From Planctomycetota bacterium (GTDB taxonomy: Bacteria; Planctomycetota; Planctomycetia; Pirellulales; Lacipirellulaceae), in the NCBI GenBank assembly GCA_039190745.1, contig JBCCXZ010000001.1, forward strand, positions 1 to 64,000: a stretch of 64,000 nucleotides of DNA, given 5' to 3'. The notes beneath the pieces were generated by a model. It was given only the letters and a program-made list of their open reading frames with translations, did no database searches and was not told the origin of the DNA. The translations under genes were made by a program, and so were the position numbers. The first letter of the stretch is position 1. Each line of letters opens with the position of its first letter. Positions 50,492-61,232 of this stretch are shown here, one piece after another.

Positions 50492-50729
50492 GGAACTTCC
50501 TGTGTTGCAAACAAGTGCGTGTTTCGAGGCCTGCCTAGGCATCTGGAACAAAAACGGCTCGTGTTCTCTGCCGCGGCGGGGCCGGGGACCGAAACACGAG
50601 CCTGATTCACGAGCCTGATAGGCCTGGCCGGACCAATGGGGCCCGCGATGTACCCCCCGTCTGGGCAAAAACACCAAGCCGCAATGAAAAAACCAACGAC
50701 TTGTGTACTCCGCAAGACGGGACTCTGAG

Positions 50730-50802
50730 AGCGGGTGATCGGATTCGAACCGACGACAACAACGTTGGCAACGTTGTGCTCTACCAACTGAGCTACACCC
50801 GC
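50730..50802 (-). tRNA. tRNA-Gly(GCC), CCA not encoded
   Basis: GCGGGTGTAGCTCAGTTGGTAGAGCACAACGTTGCCAACGTTGTTGTCGTCGGTTCGAATCCGATCACCCGCT forms a cloverleaf with anticodon GCC. Confidence 0.97.
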
Positions 50803-50875
50803 AGAATCGGTATCAACCAAGTTGCTCGGCGGGCGGCCCCGCTTGTGGGTGCCCGTTAACCCTGGCGATCCCCGG

Positions 50876-50903
50876 ATTATAGGTTGCTAGGGCGACGTTG
50901 CAA
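50876..50903 (-). promoter_or_regulatory. Sigma70-type promoter of tRNA-Gly (possibly also tig-clpP)
   Basis: Minus strand TTGCAA-16 nt-TATAAT. Confidence 0.7.
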
Positions 50904-51028
50904 GGCCTCCGGCACCTGCCATTCAGGGGCTATGCCTGCGTTGCGTGGCCGATACGCTGTCCTCGTCCAGCGTTGCACGACGGGTGTTTCTGAGAAGGAT
51001 CGCCACTAGCCGCCGAAGGAGGTCCCGC

Positions 51029-51352
51029 ATGCTGCTCTTCAAGAAGAAGTTCCTGCCCGCCATCCGCGCGGGAGAGAAAACACAAACGGTTCGTTTGTGG
51101 AAGCACCGCATGATGCGCTCCGGCCAGCGGAGCTACATCCCTGGCGCGGGGTATGTTCGTGTGGAGAGTGTTGACTCGGTTCGGCTCGACGAACTGACTG
51201 ATGGTGACGCCCGCCCGGACGGTTTCGAGACCGCGGACCTGCTCAGGGCCGAGCTCGATGCGATCTACGGAGATAAGCTCAAATCCGGCTATCAGGCATT
51301 CCGTGTGCGTTTCCGGCTGATCGGCAGCGACGAAAGCGGGCTCAGTAGCTGA
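51029..51352 (+). CDS. ASCH domain protein
   Basis: IRAGEKTQTVR, DARPDGF; SD AAGGAGG. Confidence 0.85.
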   Translation: MLLFKKKFLPAIRAGEKTQTVRLWKHRMMRSGQRSYIPGAGYVRVESVDSVRLDELTDGDARPDGFETADLLRAELDAIYGDKLKSGYQAFRVRFRLIGSDESGLSS

Positions 51353-51998
51353 GCACCTCGCGGACGGCTTGGGCAACACGCACCGGGTCGGAGAGGAGGT
51401 GCGCCGTGCAGAGCGTCATCAGCGCTATGGCCACAAGTGAGATGCCCAGCGCCCGTGGGTTCCGCTCAACGCGTAGCGATTCCAGCCGCTTGTTGAGTTC
51501 CCCGCCGAGCCGGCGCCAGCCGCCGAGGTCTTGGCCCGGGCCGCTCGAGATAAGTGACACGTTGCGCATGAACTCCGACTGCTCGACGTGTAGTTGAACG
51601 CCCACTTTGGGGAGCGCCAGGCTGTCGCCCGCCCAGCGTGCCTCGCTGTCGAGGTTCCGGGCCGCTTCCGAGAGGATCGGACGCAGCTCCGCGTCGCTGA
51701 CGTTGTAGATCACCAGTCTCGGTCGGGCGATCAGCACCGCCAGCCACACCCACAGCCAATAGAACACCAGCAGAAAGAGCCACACGTAGCTCCCAAACTC
51801 CGCTGAAGCCGCCTGAGGCCGGAAGAGCTCGATGGGCCCCACGAGCACCAAGCCAGACAACGCGGCTCCCAAGGCAGCGAGGTCGCAACCGCCGGTGGTG
51901 ATAAACGGCTTCCGACGCGCGTTCAGCAGCGCGATCAGCAGGCAGTACGCTGCTAAAGGCACGAAGGCAACGGCGAGGCGGAAGGGGTCGGGCAGCAT
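51342..51998 (-). CDS. Hypothetical membrane protein
   Basis: Several hydrophobic segments; GPIELF, RPRLVIYN. Confidence 0.75.
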   Translation of the reverse strand: MLPDPFRLAVAFVPLAAYCLLIALLNARRKPFITTGGCDLAALGAALSGLVLVGPIELFRPQAASAEFGSYVWLFLLVFYWLWVWLAVLIARPRLVIYNVSDAELRPILSEAARNLDSEARWAGDSLALPKVGVQLHVEQSEFMRNVSLISSGPGQDLGGWRRLGGELNKRLESLRVERNPRALGISLVAIALMTLCTAHLLSDPVRVAQAVREVLSY

Positions 51999-52075
51999 AT
52001 GTAACCCGCGGTTGGCGTGGCAGAGCAGGGCGTCCCTCACTCCGCTATCCTATCCGCGACAAGCCGCGGTGACGA

Positions 52076-52483
52076 CTACGGAGAATCTCGATCTCCCCCG
52101 CTTCCCGACCGAGCTTCCCGGAGCTGCGCGTTCTGAAGCTCGCGGGCGAGCCTGTCGAGCGTTTCCCGATTCCGGGCGCGAGTCGTGGAGACGACGTCCG
52201 CGATCCCCAGGCAAAGGATCAGGCATGCTCCGGAGGCAAGTCCGGCCAAGTAGCACGAGATTGCCCACGGTGTGCGCGGCACCTCGCCGGCCATGGCTAG
52301 GGCGAAGCCTAGCAGCCCGATCATCGAGCTGGCCAACGTCCGCCGCTTCAGCTGAGAGATGCGGAACGGGTTGAGTTTCCGAACGGTCGCCCATGGATCG
52401 GCCCCGTCGGCGTGCCACTGGACGGCCAACAACGCCGCCGACACGGCGATCAGGATCAGGCCGAAGGGTTGCGCGGATTCCAT
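52076..52483 (-). CDS. Hypothetical membrane protein
   Basis: Three TM segments; 6-nt gap after the upstream gene. Confidence 0.65.
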   Translation of the reverse strand: MESAQPFGLILIAVSAALLAVQWHADGADPWATVRKLNPFRISQLKRRTLASSMIGLLGFALAMAGEVPRTPWAISCYLAGLASGACLILCLGIADVVSTTRARNRETLDRLARELQNAQLREARSGSGGDRDSP

Positions 52484-52489
52484 GAGAGG

Positions 52490-53518
52490 TCACTCGCCCG
52501 CTGTTGCCCCCTGGTTGCCGACGGCCAGTCTGTCGTGCAGCCAGTTTTGGATCACCCAACCGACCTTGCCGAGCGATTCGGCAGAGCAGCGGGCCGGCGT
52601 GTCCTGGGTCGTGTGCCAGAAGCGGTTCCACCGGTCCGGGTAATTGAAATCGATTACGTCGATCGTTGTGATCTTCGCGATGTTGTTGAGCGGCAGGTGG
52701 TCGTCGCTCACTTCGTAGCGTGCGACCGGGATAAACTCTTCGACGCCGAGCCGTTCGGCGGTGCTCCAGATCTCTTTGACGATGGGTCGGGTGGAGGGCA
52801 TCGTGGCGCTGCGGGTCTCTTGGAAGACCGAAAGCTCCTTGTCGCCAACCATGTCGAGCAGCACGCCGGCTTGGTAGCGGTAAGCGGGCGGTTTCTTTCG
52901 GTACTGGCGGGCGAACCAAGTGCTCCCCAGGAAGTACTTGTCCTTGCGGTCGTCGTAGACCAGCTCTTCCGCGTCGAAGAAGACAAAGTCGAGGCCGAGG
53001 CCCGTGGGCATCTCGTCGACGTGGTTCCCCAACTCCATCAATGCAGCGACGCCGCTCCCGCCGTCGTTCGCGCCTAGGAACACCGCCCTGCGGAGTCTCG
53101 GGTTCGGGTCGCGATCTGGATAGGGCCGTGTGTCGTAGTGGGCGCAAAGGAGGATCCGCTCTTCGGCCTCTGGCCTCCACTCGACGATCAGGTTTGCCAA
53201 CTGCACGCGGCGTCCTGTCAGCGGGTGGCGGTACGAAAACTCCTGCAGCCACGCCTCCGCCCCCAGCTCTCGAAAGTGGCCCAGCAACAGCTGCTGCTGC
53301 TTGAGCATCCCCTCGGTGCCGGAAATGCGGGGCCCAGTACCGCAGACTTGCTTGAGGTAGCCGTACGCCCGCTTCCCATCGAAACGATCGCCTTGTACAG
53401 CAGCATTACGGTCCGGATTCTCCGACGCGGCCTCGCGGACCGGCGTTACCTGGCTGAGTAGGCAGAATGCTAGCAAGAGCCGTGCGGGCTTGTTCAATCG
53501 ATCGAGCATGGCGTGCAT
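52490..53518 (-). CDS. M28 family Zn peptidase / glutaminyl-cyclase-like protein
   Basis: Signal peptide; [38 protein letters not shown]. Confidence 0.88.
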   Translation of the reverse strand: MHAMLDRLNKPARLLLAFCLLSQVTPVREAASENPDRNAAVQGDRFDGKRAYGYLKQVCGTGPRISGTEGMLKQQQLLLGHFRELGAEAWLQEFSYRHPLTGRRVQLANLIVEWRPEAEERILLCAHYDTRPYPDRDPNPRLRRAVFLGANDGGSGVAALMELGNHVDEMPTGLGLDFVFFDAEELVYDDRKDKYFLGSTWFARQYRKKPPAYRYQAGVLLDMVGDKELSVFQETRSATMPSTRPIVKEIWSTAERLGVEEFIPVARYEVSDDHLPLNNIAKITTIDVIDFNYPDRWNRFWHTTQDTPARCSAESLGKVGWVIQNWLHDRLAVGNQGATAGE

Positions 53519-53688
53519 ACCAATTAGTTTACCCGTCCGCCCTTAGACGGGCGACCTGGGGTGAACGGCCTCTCTTGCTGCGTCCGGCAGGCCTGCCTAG
53601 ACTCCCCGCCCCCACGGTCCAGACACCCGGCATTGGATGGTTCCATGCCGGTGCGACGGGCCGTCCCACCCGCCGAGGCAGGAGTGCT

Positions 53689-54303
53689 ATGTCGACCGAC
53701 CCGAAGCAACTTGTTCAGGACGTCCTCCACCTGCAGGAAACTACCGTCGCGGCTTGGCACGAGGAGGAGATTGCCAATCGGTACGACGGCCTGCTGGCGA
53801 CGGTCTGCACTCAGCACGAATTCAACTTTCGACTCTGGCACGAAGAAGACATTGCTCGCAGCCCCGACGTGAGCGACGCCCGCATCGCCGCGGTCAAGCG
53901 AGCGATCGACGGATACAACCAGCAACGCAACGACTGGATCGAGCGGATCGACGAGGCGTTACTCGATGAGCTCAATCGCTTCGGGGTTCAGGCCGGGGAG
54001 TCGGCGCCGCTCAACACCGAGACCCCCGGCAGCGCGATCGACCGGCTGTCGATTATGTCGCTGCGGATTTATCACTTGCGGGAGCAGCTTGAGCGCGACG
54101 GGGTCGGAGCAGAGCACTTCGCCAAGGTCAACGAGAAGCTCGCACGCTGCAGGCTTCAGCTGAAGGACCTCTCGACCTCGCTGGCCGAGCACCTCGCGGA
54201 CTTGTTCTCAGGCAGGAAGCATCTGCGGGTCTACCGGCAGATGAAGATGTACAACGACCCAACGCTCAACCCGTACCTGTACGACAAGTCCCAGGCCGCC
54301 TAG
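53689..54303 (+). CDS. DUF4254 domain protein
   Basis: [58 protein letters not shown]. Confidence 0.88.
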   Translation: MSTDPKQLVQDVLHLQETTVAAWHEEEIANRYDGLLATVCTQHEFNFRLWHEEDIARSPDVSDARIAAVKRAIDGYNQQRNDWIERIDEALLDELNRFGVQAGESAPLNTETPGSAIDRLSIMSLRIYHLREQLERDGVGAEHFAKVNEKLARCRLQLKDLSTSLAEHLADLFSGRKHLRVYRQMKMYNDPTLNPYLYDKSQAA

Positions 54304-55343
54304 GCGGTCTGCAGGCCTGGCTGCGTCCCCAAGAGTTCTCCGCAGGCTTCGCCAACCATCTCGGTCGTGATCGCCCGCATGGCGGAGTCGTCGTTGTGGC
54401 GGCGTCTGCCGGGCTTGTCGTCGTAGGCTGCTTGCACGGTCCTGTGAGCCGGTCCGTAGGCGCCCGTCTCCGCGGCCAGAGAGGTGCCGTGCAAGCTGAT
54501 GCTCGGCGTGCCGACCGCCACCGCCAGGTGGAGCGGACCGGTGTCGGACCCGACGAACAGCCGCGCGTGCCTCGAGAGTGACGCGAGCTGCGTCATGGTC
54601 GTCGCGGGCGCGAGGATGGCCGCCCCCTCCGAGGCGGCGACGATCTGCTCGGCAAGCGGCTCTTCCTGCGCTCCGCCCCACACGGCGAGCGAGCGTATCC
54701 CATGTTCTTTCTGCAGGCGTGCGGCAAGCCCTCCGTAACGCTCGGGCGGCCAGCGTTTGGAGGCCCAACCGGCGCCGGGGTTTACGATTGCAAACGGCTC
54801 TTCGGCAAGCCCGAGTTCCGCCAGAGAGGCCTTCGCAAACTCCTGGTCCGCGGGGTTCTCGGGCATGCGGAACGCAGCAGGTTCGTGCCCCGCGCCCAGG
54901 TAATGGGCGAGCGCGAGGTAACGGTCGATCACGTGATCTGCCGAGACGGCGATCCGCTCGTTGTTCAGAAGCTTACTGACTTCGCGTCCCAGTGGGCCGG
55001 CGTAGCCGATCCGCCGGGGCGCCCCGCTGAGTCGGGCGGCGATTGCGCTCTTCGATAAGCACTGCAGGTCGACGGTCGTATCGAACCGGAGGGCGCGGAG
55101 CTCCCGGGCGGCCCGCATCACCTCGCGGCGTGACTTGAGCCACCGCCGCCGGACGCGGATCAGGTGGTCGATCGCGGGGTGGCCTTCGAGCAGGTCGCCG
55201 TTCCGGCCCTCGACGACCCAACCGATTTCTGCTTCCGGGAACGCGTCGCGGAGTGCGCACGCCACGGGGATGCCGTGGATGACGTCGCCCATCGCGCTGA
55301 GGCGGACGATTAGGATCCGTTGAGGTTGGAGCTCCCGTGGCAT
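54300..55343 (-). CDS. GT9 glycosyltransferase (LPS heptosyltransferase-like)
   Basis: [35 protein letters not shown]. Confidence 0.92.
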   Translation of the reverse strand: MPRELQPQRILIVRLSAMGDVIHGIPVACALRDAFPEAEIGWVVEGRNGDLLEGHPAIDHLIRVRRRWLKSRREVMRAARELRALRFDTTVDLQCLSKSAIAARLSGAPRRIGYAGPLGREVSKLLNNERIAVSADHVIDRYLALAHYLGAGHEPAAFRMPENPADQEFAKASLAELGLAEEPFAIVNPGAGWASKRWPPERYGGLAARLQKEHGIRSLAVWGGAQEEPLAEQIVAASEGAAILAPATTMTQLASLSRHARLFVGSDTGPLHLAVAVGTPSISLHGTSLAAETGAYGPAHRTVQAAYDDKPGRRRHNDDSAMRAITTEMVGEACGELLGTQPGLQTA

Positions 55344-55593
55344 GCTGTTCTGCTCGGGTTTGACGCCTGCTGCTCCCGTTCTCGGGAGGGCTGCGGCAGG
55401 CCGTTTGGCGAGCCTAACAGCACCGGTTGATTGCTACAACGTCGCCAACCGGGCCGCTGCGCATGAACTGCCGGTGAAGAATCCAAACCGCTTGTTGACC
55501 GGCCTCTGGCGGCTGCTGAGAATGGCCCAGCAACGGCCGCGAAATCCCCGGCCCGCTCCAGACGACCGACTGCCCCAGCCGAGAAAACACCGC

Positions 55594-56337
55594 ATGGACA
55601 ACGATTTGTTCGACAGGGTTTACCCCGAACGCCGGTTTGGGGGCTATACCCGGGTCGACGGCACCGTGGAGTTCTTCACACGCGTCCAGGCGATCGCTTG
55701 CGGGTCGGAGACCCTGCTCGACGCCGGATGCGGCCGCGGGATGCACCTGATCGAGGGCAGCGAGTTCAAGTGCAAACTGGCTAATTTCAAGGCTCCCGGC
55801 CGCAAGGTGATCGGCATCGACGTCGACCCCGTCGCGGAGACGAACCCCGGCATCGACGAGTTCCGGAAAATCGAGGAGTCGGGCGGTTGGCCGGTGGAAG
55901 ACGCCTCGGTCGACGTGATCGTCTCGAACTCGGTCGTCGAGCACCTCGGCGACGCGGACGCCTACTTCGCTGAGTGCAGCCGGGTCCTCAAGCCGGGGGG
56001 GACCGTCTGCGTCCGCACCTACAACGTGTGGAACTACGTCGGTCTGGCCTCGCGGCTGATCCCGAACAAGTACCACGCTCGGGTCACCTCGACGGTGCAG
56101 AAGACGCGCAAAGAAGAAGATGTCTTCGACACCTACTACCGGTGCAACACGCGGCGGAAGCTGAAGAAGGCCTTCGAGCGGGCGGGCCTGGAATGCTGCG
56201 TTTACACATTCGAGGCCGAGCCTTCTTATCTTCAGTTTAACCCGCTGGTGTTCCGCATTGGCGCGCTCGTCCACAAGTGGATGCCGTCGCCGCTTCGGTG
56301 GGCGCTCTTGGGGTTCGCGACCAAGCCGGCGGGCTGA
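55594..56337 (+). CDS. Class I SAM-dependent methyltransferase
   Basis: LDAGCGRG, GIDVD, VVEHL, RVLKPGG. Confidence 0.9.
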   Translation: MDNDLFDRVYPERRFGGYTRVDGTVEFFTRVQAIACGSETLLDAGCGRGMHLIEGSEFKCKLANFKAPGRKVIGIDVDPVAETNPGIDEFRKIEESGGWPVEDASVDVIVSNSVVEHLGDADAYFAECSRVLKPGGTVCVRTYNVWNYVGLASRLIPNKYHARVTSTVQKTRKEEDVFDTYYRCNTRRKLKKAFERAGLECCVYTFEAEPSYLQFNPLVFRIGALVHKWMPSPLRWALLGFATKPAG

Positions 56338-56354
56338 CCCGATCTGCGGTCCGG

Positions 56355-58007
56355 CTAGTACGCGCCCCTTGAGAACAGCACGGTCTTGACCGTCCTGGCG
56401 AGCAGGTACAGGTCCAGCCACGGCGACCAGTGGTGGACGTAGTACACGTCTAGCTGCACCCGCTCGTCGTAGGTCGTGTCGTTGCGTCCGCACACTTGCC
56501 ACATGCCCGTCATCCCGGGCAGGACCGTGCAGAAGGTCTCGAAGTGCTCGCCGTACTTGACGATCTCGGCGTCGACGATCGGCCGAGGCCCCACCGAGCT
56601 CATGTCCCCGCGGAGCACGTTCCAGAGCTGCGGCAACTCGTCCAGGCTCCACTTCCGCATGAACTTGCCGAGGCTGTTCACGCGTGGGTCGTTCTTCAGC
56701 TTGTGGTCGCGTTCCCACTCTTCGCGGAACTCGGGGTGCTTCTCCAAGTACTGATCGAGGACCTTATCGGCGTCGACGCACATGGTGCGGAACTTCCAGG
56801 CCATGAACCGGGTGTTCCCGCGTCCGATCCGTTTGTGCCCGTAGAAGATGGGGCCCTTCGACGTGAGCTTCACGGCTACGGCGAGGGCGATCAGCAGCGG
56901 CGAGAGGGCGATGCCCGCGGCGATACCGATCGCGAGGTCCATTGCGCGTTTCACAAGCTGCGGGACCGGCAACAGCAGGTGCTGCTCGATCGTGAAGCCC
57001 GAGAGGCCTTCATCCATCTGGTGGCGGTCCCAGTGGTCGGGCATCCCCGTGCTTTCCGATACGACAAACACGTGCGGCAGGTTGGTCAGGTACTGGTCGA
57101 CCATCCGGGTGCGGTCGGTCTCGGCATCCGGCGAATCGACCATGACGGCCCAGTAGGCGTTGTGCTTGTTCGCCAGCTCGCGGGCTTCTTCCCAGGGGCC
57201 GATGTAGCGCGGCGTCTCGGCGTCGAGTTCGAGCCTTTCGGGGTCGGTGACAACACCGATCGGACGCAGCCCGAGGCGGCGGTTGTTGTCCAGCCACTCG
57301 CAGACGCTGAAGACGGTTGTGTCGTGGCCGCAGACCAGCGTGGGGAAGCCCCACCAATCGGTCTTCGCTAGGGCGCGGCGGAGTTTGCTCCGGACCACGG
57401 GGGCGGCTACCACGCAGACCGCGTACGCAAGGATCAGGAAGCACAACCGTTCGCCAAACTTGATTTGTGTCGGGTGCAGGCGAGCCGCCGTGATTAGGGC
57501 AACGATGGTGTAGGAAAGCGTCAGCTTTCGGATTTCATCGACGACCCCTAAGCGGACCCCGGGGTACAAGCCCGATATTGCGTTAAGAAGCAGCAAGGCT
57601 GCCGCAACCGGCGGCAGCCAGACGGTCGCCCGGGAAGTAGCGTCGGCGGCGATCAGCCAGTCCAGGCCGACGAAACTGCAGCAGAATATACCGCCCAGCA
57701 GCACGGCTAAGTCGCCCAGCACGAGTGGTGCGGTCGTCAATAGCAATTGGCGGAGGTAGGCGAGGCTGCCCTTCTCGCGACGCGGGGGCAGTTTGACGGG
57801 CGCCTTAATGGCGCCGGTGAGCTTAGGGATGGTGAGCTGGCTCCGGTGGGTCCCGCGTAGACCGATCTTCCGCTCCGCAACGGCAGCGGAGGCATCGGGT
57901 CGGGTTTCGGGTGCTTGCGGTAGTGCGGCGTCTTCGGGCGTTTTCGGTGACTCAAACCCGTTTGAGTTTCCCCGCGGCGTGCCGGGCTGGGTTGTTTCGG
58001 TGGCCAA
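56355..58007 (-). CDS. wbaP: Undecaprenyl-phosphate sugar phosphotransferase (WbaP-like priming enzyme)
   Basis: KRAMDL, KFRTM, KLKNDPRV, SLDELPQLWNVLRGDMSSVGPRP, PGMTGMWQV; TTG start after GAGGA. Confidence 0.9.
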   Translation of the reverse strand: MATETTQPGTPRGNSNGFESPKTPEDAALPQAPETRPDASAAVAERKIGLRGTHRSQLTIPKLTGAIKAPVKLPPRREKGSLAYLRQLLLTTAPLVLGDLAVLLGGIFCCSFVGLDWLIAADATSRATVWLPPVAAALLLLNAISGLYPGVRLGVVDEIRKLTLSYTIVALITAARLHPTQIKFGERLCFLILAYAVCVVAAPVVRSKLRRALAKTDWWGFPTLVCGHDTTVFSVCEWLDNNRRLGLRPIGVVTDPERLELDAETPRYIGPWEEARELANKHNAYWAVMVDSPDAETDRTRMVDQYLTNLPHVFVVSESTGMPDHWDRHQMDEGLSGFTIEQHLLLPVPQLVKRAMDLAIGIAAGIALSPLLIALAVAVKLTSKGPIFYGHKRIGRGNTRFMAWKFRTMCVDADKVLDQYLEKHPEFREEWERDHKLKNDPRVNSLGKFMRKWSLDELPQLWNVLRGDMSSVGPRPIVDAEIVKYGEHFETFCTVLPGMTGMWQVCGRNDTTYDERVQLDVYYVHHWSPWLDLYLLARTVKTVLFSRGAY

Positions 58008-58827
58008 TGCTCTTCCTCTCGGAGTTGCCGTACTCGTGTGCAGCGGGTTTCTGAGTTGCTTCTTAAGCGGGCGGGTGTCTCCCGGTCCGCGGTTGTCTTT
58101 TAGGCCTATCAGCGTATTCGGTGAGCTTCTCTGAACTAGTGTCCTGGGCGATGAGTCTAATCAGACGAGTCTAATCGTAAGATGAAGAAGAAGAAAAGAA
58201 CCGGCAAGAACCTTGATTGATTGGGGAGTCGCTGATTGGGGGAGACATGTCCAGCTGGCCTGGGGCGACGGCTTAGACGTACTTGCTGCGATGGGAGTTC
58301 CGTGGGTTGGTGGAGACTGTTTGCCCCGCCAGCCATATAGGGTAGCCGGATCGGACGCCGTCCGGTGGCTTTTGGTCTGCAAAGCGTATGCCGAGCACCG
58401 CCTACAGAGCCGTCGGCCGAGGTTCGTGGGGCTTCATGACCAGGTTGTTGCCGCACGAGGGGCTCCGATTGGGTCTGCTTTCGCTGGAAGGCGAACTCGC
58501 CAACCCTCCGCCCTAAGGTCGACGCAACCCACCTTACCGGACCCGCCCGCGTGGTCTCCGGGCAACTCGGATGTGTACATGGTACAACGGGTGCCATGCT
58601 TGCTTGCGGGGAGCAGCCTGCGGGAATTCTGACGCCTCAGGCCGTAAACCTCTATGATTCTCCCGCTAAGCCATTGTCAAACCTGGTCGCGGAACGCGGC
58701 GTGCTCTGGTCCCAGAGCACACAGGTTCCGAGTCAAGCCGGTTCCGATCGCAACGAGTAGGACCCACCCGCCCCCTGCCGCGTGCCGGTAGCACTTTGGG
58801 GTGAACCGAGCCAATCAGTCTGAGCGT

Positions 58828-60381
58828 ATGAGCACCGCCAACGTCATGACGTTCAACGTCCTGGTGACCTTCGCCAGGATGGGCACGACCGTGTGCATGG
58901 GGCTGTACGCGACCCGGCTGCTCGTGGAGTCCTTGGGCAAGATCGACTACGGGATCTATGGGCTACTAGGGGGCGGCGCCGCCATGCTCCTGCTCGTGCA
59001 GGCCTCGCTCGTCTTGAGCGCCCAGCGGCACATGGCCCACGAAATAGGCCGCGATGATCAGGAGCAGCTCCGCGCTGTGTTCTCGACCAGCTTGGTGTTG
59101 TTCGCGGTCGTTGCTCTGCTGCTCACGGCGCTCGGCGCGGCGATGACTCCGCTACTGCTCGACTACCTCGAGTACCCTGCCGAACGCAGAGAAGCGGTTG
59201 CCGTTACCTGGTATTCCACCTTGGTCATCTCTGCGGCCTTGGTCATGAAAGCCCCCTTCAACGCCTTGTTCATGGCCCGCCAATTCATGGCGCGAGAGGC
59301 GCTCCTGCACGGGGCGTCAATGATGGTTTATCTCGGTATCGCGTTGGCGGTGCACTCGTACGAGGGCGACCGGCTGATCTTCTTCGGCGTTGCGGTAGCT
59401 GTTTACCGGGCTCTCGAGGTCGTAGTGATGGGCCTGATCGCGGCCCGCACGTTCGACGAGGGTCGGCTGCGTCTCGGTTCTTTGAAGCCCGCGATCTTCC
59501 GCGAGTTGCTCACGTTCGGCGGGTGGGGGTTCCTGGACGCCCTCGCGTGGCGGATGAGGCAGCTGGGAGGCAACCTCATCCTGAACCCCTTCTTTGGCCC
59601 CTCGATCAACGCGGCTTATTCTGTGGGTTCGCAGGTCCAGATGTACGAGTACAGCCTCGCCTGGACCATCACGCGGGCCACGAACCCCGTCATCATCCAG
59701 AAGCACGCGGCGGGCAACCTGGAGTTCGTCCGACGCTTGATCCTCTCGGTCTGCCGCATCAGCTCCTTCTTTGCGGCCGCTGCCTGCATGCCGTTCGTGA
59801 TCGAGATGGAATATATCATCGACGTCTGGCTCGAAGACCCGCCTCCGGGAACCGCGTTGTTCTGTCGGGTGATGCTCCTGACCATCCTCTGCGAGCAGCT
59901 CGCCTGCGGTTTTCTCTCCGGGATCCAAGCGGTGGGCCGGGTCGGGGTTTACCATTCCGCGACCGCCGTGGCGACGTTCGTCCCGATGGCGGTCGCGTGG
60001 ATTGCCTTCCGAAACGGGTTCGAGAACCCCCAGTTGCTGGTTCAGTTGGTCCTGGCGGGGATCGCCGTGGTCGTCGGATTCCGGGCCTGGTACGTGGGCC
60101 GCATTTTGGGGATCCGCTTTACGAGTTGGCTCGGCGACGTCGTGGGTCGCGTTGCCGTTTCTGTCGGCACGGCCTGCACGGCTTCGGTCGTCGCGGCAAG
60201 CCTTGTCGAGGCGCCTTCAATCGCTAGATTCGTCCTCGTCGCGACCGTGTTTTGGGGGGTGCTTGGCCCGATGGTCTGGCTGATCGGGGCCCACCGAGAC
60301 GAGAAGGAGAAAGCAGTGGCCTGGTTGGCTACACTGTCCGCTAAGCTCCGCAGAGCCCGCCCGCCCCGTGGTTCGATGTGA
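58828..60381 (+). CDS. Wzx-type polysaccharide flippase (MOP superfamily)
   Basis: About 12-14 TM segments, LGKIDYGIY, FFGPSINAAY; start 58828 (or GTG 58801). Confidence 0.85.
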   Translation: MSTANVMTFNVLVTFARMGTTVCMGLYATRLLVESLGKIDYGIYGLLGGGAAMLLLVQASLVLSAQRHMAHEIGRDDQEQLRAVFSTSLVLFAVVALLLTALGAAMTPLLLDYLEYPAERREAVAVTWYSTLVISAALVMKAPFNALFMARQFMAREALLHGASMMVYLGIALAVHSYEGDRLIFFGVAVAVYRALEVVVMGLIAARTFDEGRLRLGSLKPAIFRELLTFGGWGFLDALAWRMRQLGGNLILNPFFGPSINAAYSVGSQVQMYEYSLAWTITRATNPVIIQKHAAGNLEFVRRLILSVCRISSFFAAAACMPFVIEMEYIIDVWLEDPPPGTALFCRVMLLTILCEQLACGFLSGIQAVGRVGVYHSATAVATFVPMAVAWIAFRNGFENPQLLVQLVLAGIAVVVGFRAWYVGRILGIRFTSWLGDVVGRVAVSVGTACTASVVAASLVEAPSIARFVLVATVFWGVLGPMVWLIGAHRDEKEKAVAWLATLSAKLRRARPPRGSM

Positions 60382-60527
60382 CCCCTAAGCAGAGGCGATG
60401 AACCCGAGACTCCCGCCTATCGGGGTCTCGCAAGACATGGAAACAGAAGAAGCGGAATCGGATATCGCTGCCTAATCTGCCCGACGCACAGGATGCTCGA
60501 CTCCACCATCGACAGAAAGCACCCACC

Positions 60528-61178
60528 GTGAAGAAGCTGCTCCGTCAGATTCCACTTGTTGGCGATCTAGCCGTCAAAGCCCGCAGCGTGAAGCGGTCGA
60601 TTATCGACCGCAAGCGGCTTCAGACCTACGTCCGGCAGGCCCCGGAGTTGAAGATCGTAATCGGCGCTGGCAACCTGCACGACAAGAGCTGGTGCCCCAC
60701 GGAGGTTGATTACCTCAACCTGCTCGAACGCGACCAATGGCTCGGCTACTTCAGCGAGCGGAAGATCGACTGCATCCTTGCGGAGCACGTTTGGGAACAC
60801 CTGACGCAGGAGCAAGGAGCCGCCGCCGCCCGGAACTGTTTCGAGTTCCTCAAGCCCGGAGGGTACCTGCGTGTAGCGGTGCCGGACGGCAACCACCCGG
60901 ACCCGCAGTATATCGAGAAGGTCAAGCCCGGCGGCACTGGTCCCGGCGCCCACGACCACAAGATGCTCTACACCCACAAGACCTTCGGCGGCCTGTTCGA
61001 AGGGGTTGGGTTCCAGGTCCGATTACTCGAGTACTTCGACGACGAAGGCAATTTTCAGGCCAACGACTGGAACACCGACCAAGGGACCATCAACCGCTCG
61101 CAGCGCGTTGATCCACGCAATCAAAACGGCAAACTCGTCTACACCTCAGTAATCGTAGATGCCGTGAAGCCCGAGTAG
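60528..61178 (+). CDS. SAM-dependent methyltransferase
   Basis: IVIGAG, EHVWEHL, LKPGGYLRVAVPD. Confidence 0.85.
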   Translation: MKKLLRQIPLVGDLAVKARSVKRSIIDRKRLQTYVRQAPELKIVIGAGNLHDKSWCPTEVDYLNLLERDQWLGYFSERKIDCILAEHVWEHLTQEQGAAAARNCFEFLKPGGYLRVAVPDGNHPDPQYIEKVKPGGTGPGAHDHKMLYTHKTFGGLFEGVGFQVRLLEYFDDEGNFQANDWNTDQGTINRSQRVDPRNQNGKLVYTSVIVDAVKPE

Positions 61179-61232
61179 ACGTACTGCCACTCCCATGCAC
61201 CACCGTGTATTGCACATCACAGTTGCTCTGCC

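Noticed and set aside
50600..50802. Possible integrative element at tRNA-Gly
   Set aside because: No integrase, no duplicated tRNA 3' end, and core genes on both flanks.
58238..58246. GGGGGAGAC complementary to the candidate sRNA seed (gtctccccc)
   Set aside because: A 9-nt match in GC-rich DNA of this size can easily arise by chance.
58365..58600. Sigma54-like motifs in the wbaP/wzx spacer (TGGCTTTTGGTCTGCA on plus; TGGCACCCGTTGTAC on minus)
   Set aside because: Each lacks one of the two conserved boxes; too weak to call.
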